From: Vicugna vicugna
Taxonomy: Eukaryota
Length of the DNA: 64,000 bases
Direction of reading: 5' to 3'
Assembly (NCBI GenBank): GCA_013265495.1
Contig: MU061537.1
Span: 434,001-498,000 of the forward strand
The translations under genes and the position numbers were made by a program. Under the pieces are notes generated by a model, which had not been told where the DNA came from, ran no database searches, and saw nothing but the letters and a program-made list of their open reading frames with translations. The stretch's first letter is position 1. Every line of letters starts with the position of its first letter. Shown in pieces: positions 22,101 through 34,479 of this stretch.

Positions 22101-24301
22101 GGAACCTCAGGTCCCTTTGACTGGCCTGACCGTGAGCCTCCTCGGTGTGCTAGAGGAGCAGAGCACGGCCTCTGCCTCTTCCCTGTCTGCCTGCCCGGGG
22201 TCCTTCTCTGGAGGAAGACAGGAATGTGGACAGTGGGCTGCTGGGCTGATCCACCCCTCTCGCTCTAGTGGGAGGACGCAATGACCCGGTTCTGTGAGGC
22301 CGAGTTCTCGGTCAAGACCCGAGCCCACTGGTGCTGCAAACAGCAGGGGGAGGCTCGATTCTCCTGCTTCCAGGAGGAAGCTCCCCGGCCACACTACCAG
22401 CTCCGGGCCTGCCCCAGCCGCCAGCCTGGTATTTCCTCGGGCCCCGAGCTGCCTTTTCCCCCGGGGCTTCCCACACTGGACAATATCAAGAACATCTGCC
22501 ACCTAAGACGCTTCCGCTCTGTGCCGCGCAACCTCCCAGCTACTGACCCCATCCAAAGGCAGCTGCAGGCTCTGACCCGCCTGGAGGGGGAGTTCCAGCG
22601 CTGCTGCCGGCAGGGGAACAACCACACCTGTACATGGAAGGCTGTAAGTGGGCATCCCAGCATCCCGAGAGCCTCTCTGCCTGCCCACCCATCTCCGACC
22701 TCTGATCCCACCGGCCCATTCATCCATGTACCTACCCACTGTGAGCACGTCTGCCCGTTTGTCTGCTTGAGAGTGTCCACCCATCCACTGTGTTCCTCGT
22801 CTGAGTCTGTTCGTCATGCATCTTCATCCTGCACTCCTGGTCTCGTCCACCCAAGATCCCACACATGCACCTGTCTGCCAACCATCCATCCAGCTCTGGC
22901 CTCACCTGACCCTCTCCGTCTCCCGTTCCAGCTCATCTCCTGTGGCCAGCTCGGAACCTCATCTGTGCTTCTGTCTTTCCACCTTCCCAACCCCATACAA
23001 CCACAGCTGCCTCCTTGCCCTCTGGTTCTTCGCCCTTCCTTTTTGGCACCGGGGCTGGGCATCCCTCATCTCATAACATGGGGCAGTAAGGGAAGCAGAA
23101 GTTCAGGAGAGAAGGGGCCAAGGGTCCTAGCTTCTGACTTCCCTCTCTCTGGCCCACAGTGGGAGGATACCCTTGATGGATACTGTGATTGGGAACAGGC
23201 TATAAAGACCCACCACCACTCGTGTTGCCGCTACCCTCCTAGCCCTGCCCGCGATGAGTGCTTTGCCCGTCGGGCTCCTTATCCCAACTATGACCGGGAC
23301 ATCTTGACCCTTGACCTCAGCCGAGTCACCCCCAACCTCATGAGCCATCTCTGTGGAAATCAAAGGGTTCTCACCAAGCAGTAAGTCTTGTCCAGTTCTC
23401 CTCCAGCTCTCTTCCCTTCCCCAAAACCTCCCTTCTGGGGCACCCTTTGGGACATTCTTGGGAAAAGCAAAATCATGGTCTGCAAGCACCATTTTGATGT
23501 CTGGGGATACCCAGAGACTTTGACCTCTGCCCTTTTCCCCCCAACATAGTAAGCAGATTCCTGGGCTGATCCGGAACATGACTGCCCGCTGCTGTGAACT
23601 GCCATTTCCAGAGCAGGCCTGCTGTGCCGAGGAGGAAGTGAGTGTGAGGGCAGGAGGTCACAGTCTTCAAAGGAATGCAGGGGTGGGGAGTGAGGGAGCT
23701 GGACTGCTGGCTACCCCTTCTTTTAGTGCCTCAAACCAGCCCACAGAAATAATGAAGACTAGTGGGAAGATCTTTTTTCTTAGTTCCAGAAGTCTTCATT
23801 CTTGACCCGATCTGCTCTCCACTTCCAAGTTCCTATTATGCCTTCTCCGGGCCTCTAGCTTCTGACATTTCTAGGTGTTCACATCTGTCTGTCACAAGGT
23901 CACAAGGAGCCTAGCTGTGGAAGGCAGCCTAGTACTCTTTCAGCCCCAGGAAGGGGTGCACTGAGAGAGCAGTAGAAGCTGAGGGAAGAGGGGCTTTGGG
24001 CACCCAAATAGCCTTACCTGACCTCTGAGAACCCTCTGACCCCGCCATCTCTGTTTTACTCCTTCATCAGAAATCAGCCTTCATCGATGACCTGTGTGGC
24101 CCCCGACGTAACTTCTGGCGAGACTCTGCCCTCTGCTGTAAACTGAGTCCTGGGGATGAACAGATCAACTGCTTCAACACTAATTATCTGAGGAATGTGG
24201 CTCTAGTGGCTGGAGACACTGGGGATGCCAAGGGCCAGGGGGAGCAGGACCCAACTCAGGGAACAAATTTCAGCCCCACCCATGAGCCCAAGGAAGAGTG
24301 A
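19126..24301 (+). CDS. ECM1: Extracellular matrix protein 1, whole gene (ECM1a-type, 10 exons, 1632 nt, 543 aa)
   Basis: join(19126..19195,20365..20427,20509..20610,20728..20805,20900..20980,21685..22007,22269..22643,23160..23380,23550..23637,24071..24301). Signal peptide [21 protein letters not shown], Pro/Gln-rich N-domain, albumin-like CC-X7-10-C Cys repeats ([38 protein letters not shown]); all introns GT-AG. Confidence 0.97.
20365..20427 (+). CDS. ECM1: ECM1 exon 2
   Basis: [21 protein letters not shown]. Confidence 0.88.
20509..20610 (+). CDS. ECM1: ECM1 exon 3
   Basis: [16 protein letters not shown]...FEGQSE. Confidence 0.92.
20728..20805 (+). CDS. ECM1: ECM1 exon 4
   Basis: [26 protein letters not shown]. 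Confidence 0.9.
20900..20980 (+). CDS. ECM1: ECM1 exon 5
   Basis: [27 protein letters not shown]. Confidence 0.9.
21030..21180 (+). mobile_element. MIR-family SINE remnant in ECM1 intron 5
   Basis: ggctctgccacttactagctgtgtcgttgcctgggg...ttcattgtaagattggggaaataatacct resembles the MIR core. Confidence 0.6.
21685..22007 (+). CDS. ECM1: ECM1 exon 6
   Basis: [26 protein letters not shown]...LDCAKLV. Confidence 0.94.
22269..22643 (+). CDS. ECM1: ECM1 exon 7 (skipped in the ECM1b isoform of other mammals)
   Basis: [13 protein letters not shown]...HTCTWKA; 375 nt, phase 0-0. Confidence 0.94.
23160..23380 (+). CDS. ECM1: ECM1 exon 8
   Basis: [13 protein letters not shown]...NQRVLTK. Confidence 0.94.
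23550..23637 (+). CDS. ECM1: ECM1 exon 9
   Basis: [29 protein letters not shown]. Confidence 0.93.
24071..24301 (+). CDS. ECM1: ECM1 exon 10 (coding part)
   Basis: [23 protein letters not shown]...HEPKEE*, TGA at 24299-24301. Confidence 0.94.
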   Translation, partial: KSAFIDDLCGPRRNFWRDSALCCKLSPGDEQINCFNTNYLRNVALVAGDTGDAKGQGEQDPTQGTNFSPTHEPKEE

Positions 24302-24373
24302 GTCACCCCACAGCCTTGGAGGATCAGACTGGGGGAACCCCGCCCCACCCCACCCTCCTGGAATACTCCTTAC

Positions 24374-24379
24374 AGTAAA
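24374..24379 (+). terminator. Candidate non-canonical ECM1 poly(A) signal AGTAAA
   Basis: No AATAAA seen in the proximal 3' UTR; AGTAAA variant is followed by a T/GT-rich stretch. Confidence 0.4.
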
Positions 24380-25559
24380 CACCTCTTGGATTTGGCCTCA
24401 TTGTTGTCTGTAATGTCTCACACAAACACGCCCTCCTAAGCCTGTCCAGATTTTCTTCAGTGACTGGCCCCTGAGGCCTAGTGCCCCACCCCCACTAGCT
24501 GAGCAGAAGTCCTTACACGGGCTGTGTTGGGACCATAACTAAACGGCTAAGCTTCACTATTTGTCATCTTGAATTTATTCACATACTTTAAAGGAATGTC
24601 ACTTTGTTAACTGGCTATCAGGATTCAGAAGTGAAAAGGACATGGCTCATGTCTTTGGTGAGCCCCCCAAAATGCCACAGCCCTGCCTGACGTTTTTCAG
24701 TCTTCACTTTTGATCCTTGGAGTCCATGTGTTTACTCATTCATATATTGAACTCCTAGTGATGTGTACTAGGCTAGATCACACATCCCAAAAACACACAG
24801 TTTCTTCCATCAGGTTGCTCACATTCCAGGAACCTAGCAAGTGGGATTAGTGTTGTGGCACAGGGCTGCCAGAGCGCCAGGATGCTTGGAGCAGGCGATA
24901 ACCCGGCCAGAGCTGGGAGGAGGGCTGGGGGCAGTGCGTGGACACCAAGGAAGGCCTCTGCGGGGCTGAGGTCGGAGCGTCTCCAGGAGAGCTGTAGAGA
25001 ATGCAAGGGGTAGGTATGGCTGAGGGGAAGGGGCAGCACATGCAGAAACACAAAGGTTGAAAGGACCTGACTGGTGGTTGTTCCTCCCAGATGTGACTAG
25101 AAAGATCAGCAGAAACGTATCACGAATGACTCATCCGCAAAGTTTAAAGTGGATCTGGGCGCCTCTGCCGCGAGGGCGCCGGCGATTTGGAGCAGAGGAT
25201 GTGCTCAGATTTGCCTTTTACAATGAATAGTCAGTCGGCAGTCAGGCAGCAACCTGGGAAGCCTGTACGGACAGTGCCGTGCCTTGCCAATGCCTGAGCG
25301 GTAGCTCCCAGACCCGAGCTAGACCACACTGTAGCGGGACCCTGCGGCCCTTGAAGGCTGCTCTCCAGAAACCGCAGCCTCCAGGCTGATGCTGCAAGAA
25401 TAGTAATGAAGACTCAGGTCCGGCAGGGACGAGTCCTCTGTGACTCTGCTGCCTGGACAACTTTCCAGAAAGCAGATCCTCTCTGGCCCAGGCTATGGCG
25501 GAAGAGAGTGAAACAGGGACTGCCGTCCTGCCCCAGCCGGGGACTAGCTGAGCCCCAGC

Positions 25560-26100
25560 AGCTCTCAAACCGACACCCGCCATTCCGTCCCCGACTCCTC
25601 CATCTATTTACTTATTTACATTTTGCTCGCATTGCTGTTTCTAACCCAGCAGCGTCTCAGCATCTTCTTCGCCTGTCCGTCAGCACGGGAGCCAATGAGC
25701 GGGCGCGAGCCTCCCGGGCTCCGCCCCTAGGCCGGCAAGCCCGCCCACCCGCTCGGGCCTGCGCAGCAAGGGCCACACGCTCGGGTCTCGCTCTCGGAGA
25801 GCGTCAGCGCGCCTGCGCGGATATCCGAAGCCTTGCCGACAGCCGCTGGAAGGCAGGACTGGGTGGGAAGAGAGCGGGGTAGGTTCTTTCCACCACCCCA
25901 TCAGCTCGTCAGCCCTGAGGGTCCGGGTCCGAACCAGCTCGCGGGGAGGAGCCCCGGCCTGTGGAGGGACGGGTGGGCGGCTCTGCCGGCAGAGGCATCT
26001 TTAAAGGGCTCTGTCCCTCCAGGAGCTTCCCGGGGGTGCTTTAAAGACTGTATTGGCAAAGCGTAGCGTGGAGTCTGGAGAGGAGAGGGACAGGTTGGAC
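25560..26100. promoter_or_regulatory. CpG-island promoter without a coding gene (position of human lncRNA FALEC/ncRNA-a1)
   Basis: High CpG density; CCAAT 25692-25696, GC box CCGCCC 25721-25726, NRF1-like TGCGCA and GCGCCTGCGC; lncRNA identity by synteny only. Confidence 0.6.
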
Positions 26101-26847
26101 GACAGCCCCGAGGAGTTTATAGTCTACCGGGGGGGAGACCAGGAAAGCAGTAGTAAGCAGCTATAATGAAAGAATATCAAGTGGTCAATAGATATAAACA
26201 TCATGAGCCGAGAGTTAACGGAAATAATTCTGTTTAGGGATTGGCGAACTATTAAATGGAAGAGGTGGCTTTGGGTAGAACACTGAAGCATGGATAAGAT
26301 TGCCCTTAGTGACCTGTTAACATTAGGACATTTCGTTGTACACATAAACTGTTAAAGTATGTTAAATTCAATACAGTGCTGTATGTCAATTATATCTCAA
26401 TAAAACCGGGAAAAATTAATAAAATGTACTAAGTTCAGGTAAAGAAGTCCGAGACCCTAACTACTTGGAGGGGCCTGGGAAACTTTCATAGAGGAATGCA
26501 AGCTTGGGTAGGGTTTTGCTGGAAGGAAAGAGGATGTATAAAACACTGAGTGTATGAAAAGTTCAGAGTGTCTGTTTTGTGTTAGAGTGCTAAGTATTCT
26601 GGCTATAAAGAATATTAAAACACCGTCCTCAAGGACTTTTAGCTCTGTGGAGACTAGAATATAATGAGAGACATATTCTCAGGATTCTGTGGGAGCCACC
26701 TAGCCTGGCTTTCAGGGAGGTCTTCTTGGAGGAGGCAACAAAGCAGAAGGTGTGGTTAGAATATTTGAAGAGCCAGTAGGTAGTAGAAGTAGTATGGAGA
26801 GGCTAGGCATGAGGCTGGAAATTTAGGTTTAGTCATGCTTTCTGTAA

Positions 26848-26988
26848 GTTTTTTTTTTAATTTTATTTATTTACTTGGGGGGGGTAATTAGGTTAATTAT
26901 TCATGTTTAGAGGAAGTACTGGGAATTGAAGCCAAGACCTTGTGCATGCTAAGCATGCACTCTACCATTTGAGCTATGCCCTCCCCCC
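26848..26988 (-). mobile_element. tRNA-Ala-derived SINE (Vic-1-like)
   Basis: Reverse complement of GGGGAGGGCATAGCTCAAATGGTAGAGTGCATGCTTAGCATGCACAAGGTC... with CCTAATTACCCCC and A tail. Confidence 0.85.
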
Positions 26989-27569
26989 CGGAAGATCTTG
27001 AAGCACTACAGAAGTCATGCCAACCTGGGGATAAGCACCTGTAAGAATTGTAAAAGAAAAGTGATGTGAACGAATTTTTTTTTAAAAAAGATAAATTAGA
27101 TGGACAGACAAGTGAACAGGAATGGATGAGCTAGAGAGAGGGTAGAGACTGGAACCAGTTCGGGGGTTGAAATTAGTCGTAACTCTTCAATATCAATAAA
27201 ACCGAGAAGTTCCGAGAGCAGAACTTTGTTAATGGTGCAGAGGATGAATACAGAGGGGACATCTTTTAAAGACATTTAGGCGATAGCATTGACAGAACCT
27301 ATGTGCTGCAGGAGATGACTGCGGACTTCATCTCACAGACACGTCTCTCTTGCTCTCTCAGCCTGGTCAGAACTGGGCTGGTCACCTTTTACTTCCTCAG
27401 GTTCACACATCCTTTTGTGCTTTAGGGACTTTCACAGGCTGCTCTGTCCGCATAGGACTCTCTTCCCGCCTCTGCTGAAATGGGTGAGCTCTGTTTCCTT
27501 ATGGCAGACACTTCTTGTCTACTCAAAAAGCCACCCTCCTCCAACCCCCCAATACTTTGTTCTTGCTGA

Positions 27570-29690
27570 ATTTTAAATTAAAAAAAGCATTGTGAAAAGT
27601 AGTACACATTTAAAAAATGCACTAAACATAAATGTATATAGTTCAGTGGATTATTATAAAATGAAACCTCCCAGCAACAACCACCTGGGTCAAGAAAAAG
27701 GTCATTGCCAGCACCCGGGAAGCCCTCTATAATACGGCCTTCTGGTCACAGACTCCTCCAGCCCCCATAAAGTAACCACTATGCTACTGTCCTGATACGC
27801 ATAATCATTTACTTGCTTTTTCTTTATTGTTTTACTATCTAAATATGAATCCTAAAAACAATTACTTGGGTTTTTTAAAAAACTTTACTGAGATATAATT
27901 CATACAGTTCACTCATTTAAAGTGCACAATACCATGGTTTTCAATATATTACATTTTACTTTCTTAAGATTGTAGTAAAACGTATATAACAAAATTTGCC
28001 GTTTTAACCATTTTTAAGTATACAATTCAGTGCCACTAGTTACATTTGTAATGTTGTGCAAACATCATGACTATATACTTCCAAAACTTTTTCGTCACCC
28101 CTGAACAGAAACTATAATTGTTAAGCAGTAACTCCCCATTCCCACCTCTCCCTAGCCCCTCGTAACTTCTAACCCGCTTCCTGCCTCTGAATTTGCCTGT
28201 TCTAGGAACCTCACGTAAGTACCTACAGTATTTGTAGATACGTCTGTGTCTTGCTTATTTCATTTAGTATAATATTTTCCAGGTTTGTCCATGTTGTAGC
28301 ATGCATCAGAACTCTGTTCCTGTTTAAGGCTAATATTTCATTGTATGGATATACCACATTTTATTTATCCATTCACCTGTTCATGGGCACTTGGGTTGAT
28401 TCTGTCTTTTGGAGAAATTGAGGAATCGAGCCAACCAGTAGGCTTGTTGTTGAGGCCTCCTGCTAACAGCCAAGTGGGTGACTTGGAAGGATCCTTTCGC
28501 CCCTGTCGAGCCTTCAGAAGCAGCCCCGAGTAACTTCTGGACTGCAACCTCATGAGAGACTCTGAGCCAGACCCACCCAGGTAAGCCACGTTCAAATTCC
28601 TAGTGCACAATGTGTGAGACAATACATGTTTGTTGTTTTAATCCACTAAGTGTTGAGGTAATTTTCTACACAGCAGTAAATCGCTGATCTCAAAGCAAAG
28701 GCTCTCAACACTTCACCACTAACAAGTTTGCCGTTGGTGCTTTGTGGGTATCTTTTGTCATATTAAGAAGTCATCTCTTATTCCTAGTTTGCTAAGAGTT
28801 TATATCATAAGTGTCTGTTGAATTTTATTAAGTATTTTTCCTGCAGCTATTGAGATGATCTATGATTTTTCTTGTTTGGTTTATTAATGTGGCAAATTAA
28901 TTGACTTTTTTAAAAGATAACTTAGCTTGCATTACTAAAATAATAATAAACATAACTTGGACATGATGTGTCATTCTTTTTTAAATTTAGGTATAGTTGA
29001 TGTACAATATTAAACAAGTTTCAAATGTACAACATTGTGATTCACAATTTTTAAAGATTATATTCCATTTATAGTTATAAAATATTGGCTATGTTCCCTG
29101 TGTTGCACTACATATAGATCCTTGTACCTGATTTATTTTATACATAGTAGTTTGTACCTCTTAATCCCATACTCCTTTCTTGCCCCTCTCCTCTTACTTC
29201 TTCTCCCTACTGGTAACCACTTGGTTGTTCTCTATATCTGTGAGTCTTTGTTTGTTATATTCACCAGTTGGTTTTACTTGTTTATTTTTTGATTCCATGT
29301 GTAATTATTTGTATCTCTCTGACTTATTTCACTTAGCATAATGCTCTCCAAGTCCATCCATACTGTTTCAAATGGCAAATTTTAACTCTTTTTTATGGTT
29401 GAGTAGTATTCCATTGTATATATATACCACATCACATCTTTATCCATTCATCTGTTGATGGACACAGGTTGCTTGCATGACTTAGCGACTGTAAATACTG
29501 CTGCTACGAACATTGGGGAGCATGCATCTTTTTGAATTTGTGTTTTTGTTTTTTCATATAAATACCCAGGAGTGGGATTTTATATATTGCTGGATTCAAC
29601 TTCCTAATATTTGGTTTAGAATTTTTGTGTCATTGTTTATGAATGAAATTTACCTATAATTTTTATTCCTCACAATGTTTTTATAAGACT
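27570..29690 (-). mobile_element. Cluster of old L1 3' fragments, interrupted by an LTR
   Basis: Repeated L1 3'UTR motifs (ttaaccatttttaagtatacaattcagtg; tgacttatttcacttagcataatgctctccaagtccatcc; tatccattcatctgttgatggacac); boundaries approximate. Confidence 0.7.
28415..28690 (+). mobile_element. MaLR (MLT1-like) LTR fragment
   Basis: actgcaacctcatgagagactctgagccaga...tgagacaatacatgtttgttgttttaatccactaagtgttgaggtaattttctacacagcag resembles the MLT1 3' end. Confidence 0.65.
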
Positions 29691-29711
29691 TTGATATGAA
29701 GATTATGTGTC

Positions 29712-30150
29712 TTGTGGTTTTTATGAGATGGATAGTCTCAGAGGAAACAGAAGAGAGGCTCAGGAAAAAACAAAGTTTGTTATACTCAGAGGTCCCAGAA
29801 ACAAGAGGCATGTCCCACCACACAGGGACACATGGCAAAGACACCAGGGTGGTCAGGAGGCAGAAGACAGTGTGGTGGGGGAAGGCTTAGAACACAGCCT
29901 TTACTGGGGTTTCTATGGGAATGTAGGGCAGGGCAGAGTGAGCTAGCTTGAATAATTTCGGCCAACTTTAGGCTATATGTGTGGTCCCTAGTTGCCTGGC
30001 ACATGGCCCTGGTTAAGTGAAACAGAGGAATATTGCCTCCTGGAGTGAAAGGGCGGGAGAGAGGAGGTGTGGTCCTGGGTTACGCTCCCAGCTGGACCCT
30101 TCACCATCTCTAAGAATTGTTTCTCCCCAGCCAGAAAGTGTTTTTTTTAG
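29712..30150 (-). mobile_element. Probable ERV LTR-like element
   Basis: GC-richer block inside AT-rich L1 sequence with LTR-like wording; family not determined. Confidence 0.35.
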
Positions 30151-30754
30151 CATGTCAAAACATCATAATATCTAGAAAAACTGTTAATATAGTATACTTA
30201 CAATATATTGTATTAGCCTCAAAATGAGCTGGCAAATGTAATAGCTTCTATTCCCCGAAAGAGTCTGTAAAATTGACCTCATTCCTTCTGCAAGTGTTTG
30301 GTGGACGCCACTGGTGAAGCCCTGCGGGCCTGGAACGTGCTTTGTGGGAAAAATTTTAACTAGTGTTTCAGTACTTTTAAGTTATTAGTCTGTTCCAAAT
30401 TCCTATTTCTTCCTGGTTAAATTTTTGTAAGTTGTCTTCTTCCCCCTTGGGAATTTATACATTTTGTAAAAACTTTTCAGTGCTTTAGCATAAAGTTTAT
30501 AATATCCTCTTTGTTTCTTTTTAAGGTCTGCAGGGACTATGGTAATGCCCTGTTTCTCATTCCTGAGAGGGTTCATTTGTGCCTTCTCTTCTTCTTTTTT
30601 TTTTTCTGTTTTGTCTCCAAAGGCCTATAGTTGGATTTTTTAAAAAAAATCTAGTCAGACAACTGTTAGTCTTTTAACGGGAGCATTTGGTCCACTGACA
30701 GTGATATTTTTGCATTTATATCTGTTAGTTTCAGTTTGTCCCACCTGTTCTATC

Positions 30755-32165
30755 TTCTTTTTTTTTTTGGTAACAACTTCACTGAAATATAATTCACTTA
30801 CCATATAACTTACTCATTTAAAGTGTGCAGTTCAATGGTTTTTAGTATATTCATCAAAGTTATGCAACCATCGCCACAATGGATTTTAGAACACTTTTAT
30901 CACCCCAGAAAGAGACCCTTAGCCTTCACCAGTCATCCTCATTCCCCTGTCAACACCCCCGCCGACACCAGCCCTAGGCAGCCCCTAACCTACTTCCTGT
31001 CACTATAGATTTTTGCCTAATCTATACATTTCATGTAAAGGGAATCATTCAATATGTAGCTTTTTAAGTCTGCCTTCTTTTAATTAACATAGTATTTTCA
31101 AGCTTCATCCATGTTGTGTGGCTGACTAATATTCCACTGTATGGATATAGCCCATTTTATTTATCCATTCTTCAGCAGATGAACAATTTGGGTTTTTTTC
31201 CATTTGGGGGCTATTACTAACAATTCTGCTATGACTATTCATGTACAAGTTTTTGTGTGAACGAATGTTTTCATTTTTCTCAGGTGTATACCTAGGTGTA
31301 AAGTTGTTGGGTGACATGGTAATCCTATGTTTAACCTTTTGAGGAGCTGCCAGGTTGTTTCCCAGAGTAGCTGCAGTATTTTACAATCCCAGCCACCATG
31401 TATGAGGGTTTCAGATTCCCCACATCCTCAGCAACACTTATTATCGCTTTTATTTTAGCACCCTGCTGGGTGTGAAGTGGTATTTCCTGGTGGCTTTGAT
31501 TTGCATTTCCCTACTGGTTAATGATGTTGAACATCTTTCCATGTATCATCTGTATATCTTTGGAGAAGTGTCGGTTCAAATCTTTTGTCCATTATTTAAT
31601 TGGTATTTGTCTGTTTACTATTGAGTTGCAATAGTTCTTTATATAGGCTAGACAAAAGTCCCTTGTCAGATATATATTCACTTTCCACTTTTTCCTTTGA
31701 AATACAAAAGCTTTTAATTTTCATAAAGCTCAGTAAATCTGTTTTGTCTTTAGTTGCTTATGCTTTTAATGTCATATGTAGAAAATTATTGCCTAACCCA
31801 AGGCCATTAAGATTTAGTTCTATCTTTGTCATTTTCTAAGAATTTCTTAGTTTTATCTCTTGTACTTAGGTCTTTGCCCCATTTCGAGTTAATTTTTGTG
31901 TGTGACATGAGGTAGGGGTCTAATTTCAATCATCTATATGTGGATATACAGTTGTCCCAGAACCATTATTGGAAAGACCATTCTTTCCCCATTGAATTTT
32001 TGGCACCCATGTTGAAATTCAACTGACTGTAAATGTGAGGATTTACTCTGGACTCTGAATTCTATTCAGTTGACCTATTTGTTTACCCCTGTGCCAAACA
32101 CCACACTATCTTAATTACTGTAACTTTGTGGTAAGCTTTGAAATTGGGAAGTGTGAGTCCTCCAG
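30755..32165 (-). mobile_element. L1 fragment covering the ORF2 C-terminal region and 3' UTR
   Basis: gggtgtgaagtggtatttcctggtggctttgatttgcatttccctactggttaatgatgttgaacatc...; minus-strand ORF fragments EEWINKMGYIHTVEY and GGLTLPNFKAYHKVTVIKIVW resemble L1 ORF2. Confidence 0.85.
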
Positions 32166-32884
32166 ATATTATGGCTTTTGAACATAATCTGTGTGTTTTA
32201 CTCTGACTACTTTCACTATTTTCTCTTTGTCTTTGGTTTTCTGCAATTTCACTGTAATGTCTAAGGTGGTGAGTTTCTTTTTTATTTATCCTGCTTAGGA
32301 TTTGTTCCATTCTTAAATGTATGATTTGGTGGGTTTCATCAGTTCTTCAAAAATTTGAGCATTGCCTATGTCCATTCTTTCCTTTTCTCAGGGGACGCTA
32401 GACCTTTTCGCTGTGACTTCCTTGTCTCACTCCTCTCCATTTCCCATCTTTTTACTCTCCTATGCATCATTCTGGATATTTTCTTCTGACCTATATTCTA
32501 TTCCATTAATTTTCTGTTCTGTTCTCTGGTAAAGTAAATAAAAGTAGATACGGAATTTCATTTCCACTCTCAATAGATTAAACCTTTTGGAATTCAAGGC
32601 TTGCCCTTTAGTTCCAGACTGGAGAATATCCCTTAGCTGAATCACTCACCGCAGAGGTCTGCCCCTGTCATCCACCTACCGGGGAAAGGCTTGTGAGGGG
32701 GACCTGTGAATTTCCTGAAGCGTGTGTGTGTGTGTGTACTTGTACATTTTTCTGGGGTGAGTGTCTATAGCTTCCACCAGATTCTCACAGGGGTTTGTGA
32801 TCCAGAAAGGCAAGAACCACTGACTTGGATTTGGCTTTTAGCCATGGAGCCACTGCATGGAGCCACTATGTCAATCAGGGCTTG

Positions 32885-33370
32885 ACTCATCAGTGTGGCT
32901 CAGTGGTAGATGTGCAGACTCCAGGCTCAGAGGCCTGGGCCGTGCCACTAGGCTCTGCAGTTTTCTATCAAACAGGAATGATAGTCACAGTTCCTTATCT
33001 CCAAGGCTGTTGCAAAGATTAAATGTCTTAGTACGTGTACATGCTTAATACCATGCTGGCACTTAGTAAGAGGTGGTTTTTATACCCAATGGCTAGTGAT
33101 GCATCAGGACCCACATTCAAGGACAAGAGGTTGAATCAGGAGGCAGCATATGGGGGAGCATAGTTGCTGCCAATCTTGTGCCAATCTAAGCGTTCTTTTC
33201 TCTCTGATACTGTGTGATCCGGGGCAAGTTCCTTAACCACTTTGTGCCTCAATGTTTTTATCTATTATATGGAGATAATAATAGTAACTACTTCATAGGA
33301 TTGTTGTAGGGGTTCTGTGTGGGCTCAGAGCAGTGATACCAGTTCACTAAACGCTGGCATTATTATTATT
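32885..33370 (+). mobile_element. Two adjacent MIR remnants
   Basis: tgtgtgatccggggcaagttccttaaccactttgtgcctcaatgtttttatctattatatggagataataatagtaactacttcataggattgttg matches the MIR core. Confidence 0.65.
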
Positions 33371-33547
33371 ATTACTGCCTAGGTATATTCAGGCTCCTCA
33401 TTTTGATGAGAAAGGCTCTTTGCAGCTGCCTCCCACAGCCCTCCCTCACACTGAAACCTTCACAACTCACAGAGCACCTCACACATAATGTGTCTGCCTC
33501 ATAGCGGCTCAGCAAGATCAGCTGAGACCCAAGTCTGCCTTGCAGAC

Positions 33548-34078
33548 TGAGACTGAGCGCACAGACAGACAGCGGCCAAGTCATATGGAAAATAGAACTC
33601 TGACCCCCAACCCTCTGAAACCTGCCCAGGAAACCAACCCCTTGTCTTCATTCAGTAAGCCCCCCAGGTACTCTATGCATCGGATTTGCAGGAAGCCAGA
33701 CTGTCTCTAGTAACAGCCCAGGATGCTGAACAATAGCTTCTACAACAACTGGCTCAAAACACCAGCACTGGATTAGTAGCTGGTGGCTTCCCTACCTGTG
33801 GCCCCGCCTCCAACGTGGGACCAACTACAGGAAGCCAACTATGCACCCCTAACCAATCACACAGGGTGCTCTGGGCTACAGGCGTCCTCATGCCCACAGC
33901 CACAGTCGGGGCACACCCAAAGCCTTCCCTTTTTTCCAGTATAAAGCTTTCCCACTTCTCTGCGTGCCTTTGAGTCTCTGCCAAAATGCAAGTGACCATG
34001 GCTGGCTTCCTTGCTATAGCAAGGACAGAATAAATAAATAGCCTGCCTCTTGTTTGGTTGGTCTTCATTGTTTCCACA
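33548..34078 (+). mobile_element. Solo ERV1-type LTR with 4-bp TSD
   Basis: TG...CA termini; AGAC at 33544-33547 and 34079-34082 (alternative start 33554); internal CCAAT 33853, TATAAA 33940, AATAAA 34029. Confidence 0.75.
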
Positions 34079-34479
34079 AGACCCTGGAAGGAAGGCGCAG
34101 GGAGCTGAGGCCTAGACCTCTGTCAGTTCTCCAGTTCCCCCTGGGGTGGAGCTCTGAGCCCTCAAACAGCAGAGTTGCTGGCTGATCCACTGGAAATGCT
34201 GAGCAGACCTTTGGACTCAACCAAGTGAGAGCAACGGAGGCCAGATTGACTCAGATTAAATCTCCCAGGCAGAAAATCACAAAAGAGTTCTTGTTAGATG
34301 CTGATTGGGAGGGAGGGGCTCTAGAGATCTGGATAAAGCGTAGGAGAGCTGGGAATAGAGAAATGAGGGAAAGGCAGGAATTTTGCCTAGAACTGGAACA
34401 GGGATTGCCTGCGGCTGTCTTGGTGGATGGAGATTTGAGTCAAGATTCTTACCGAACCTCCTCCAAAATTCTCTGTCCA

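Noticed and set aside
25406..25882. 158-aa ORF over the orphan CpG island
   Set aside because: Composition-driven (Ala/Arg-rich), runs through the promoter motifs, no family resemblance.
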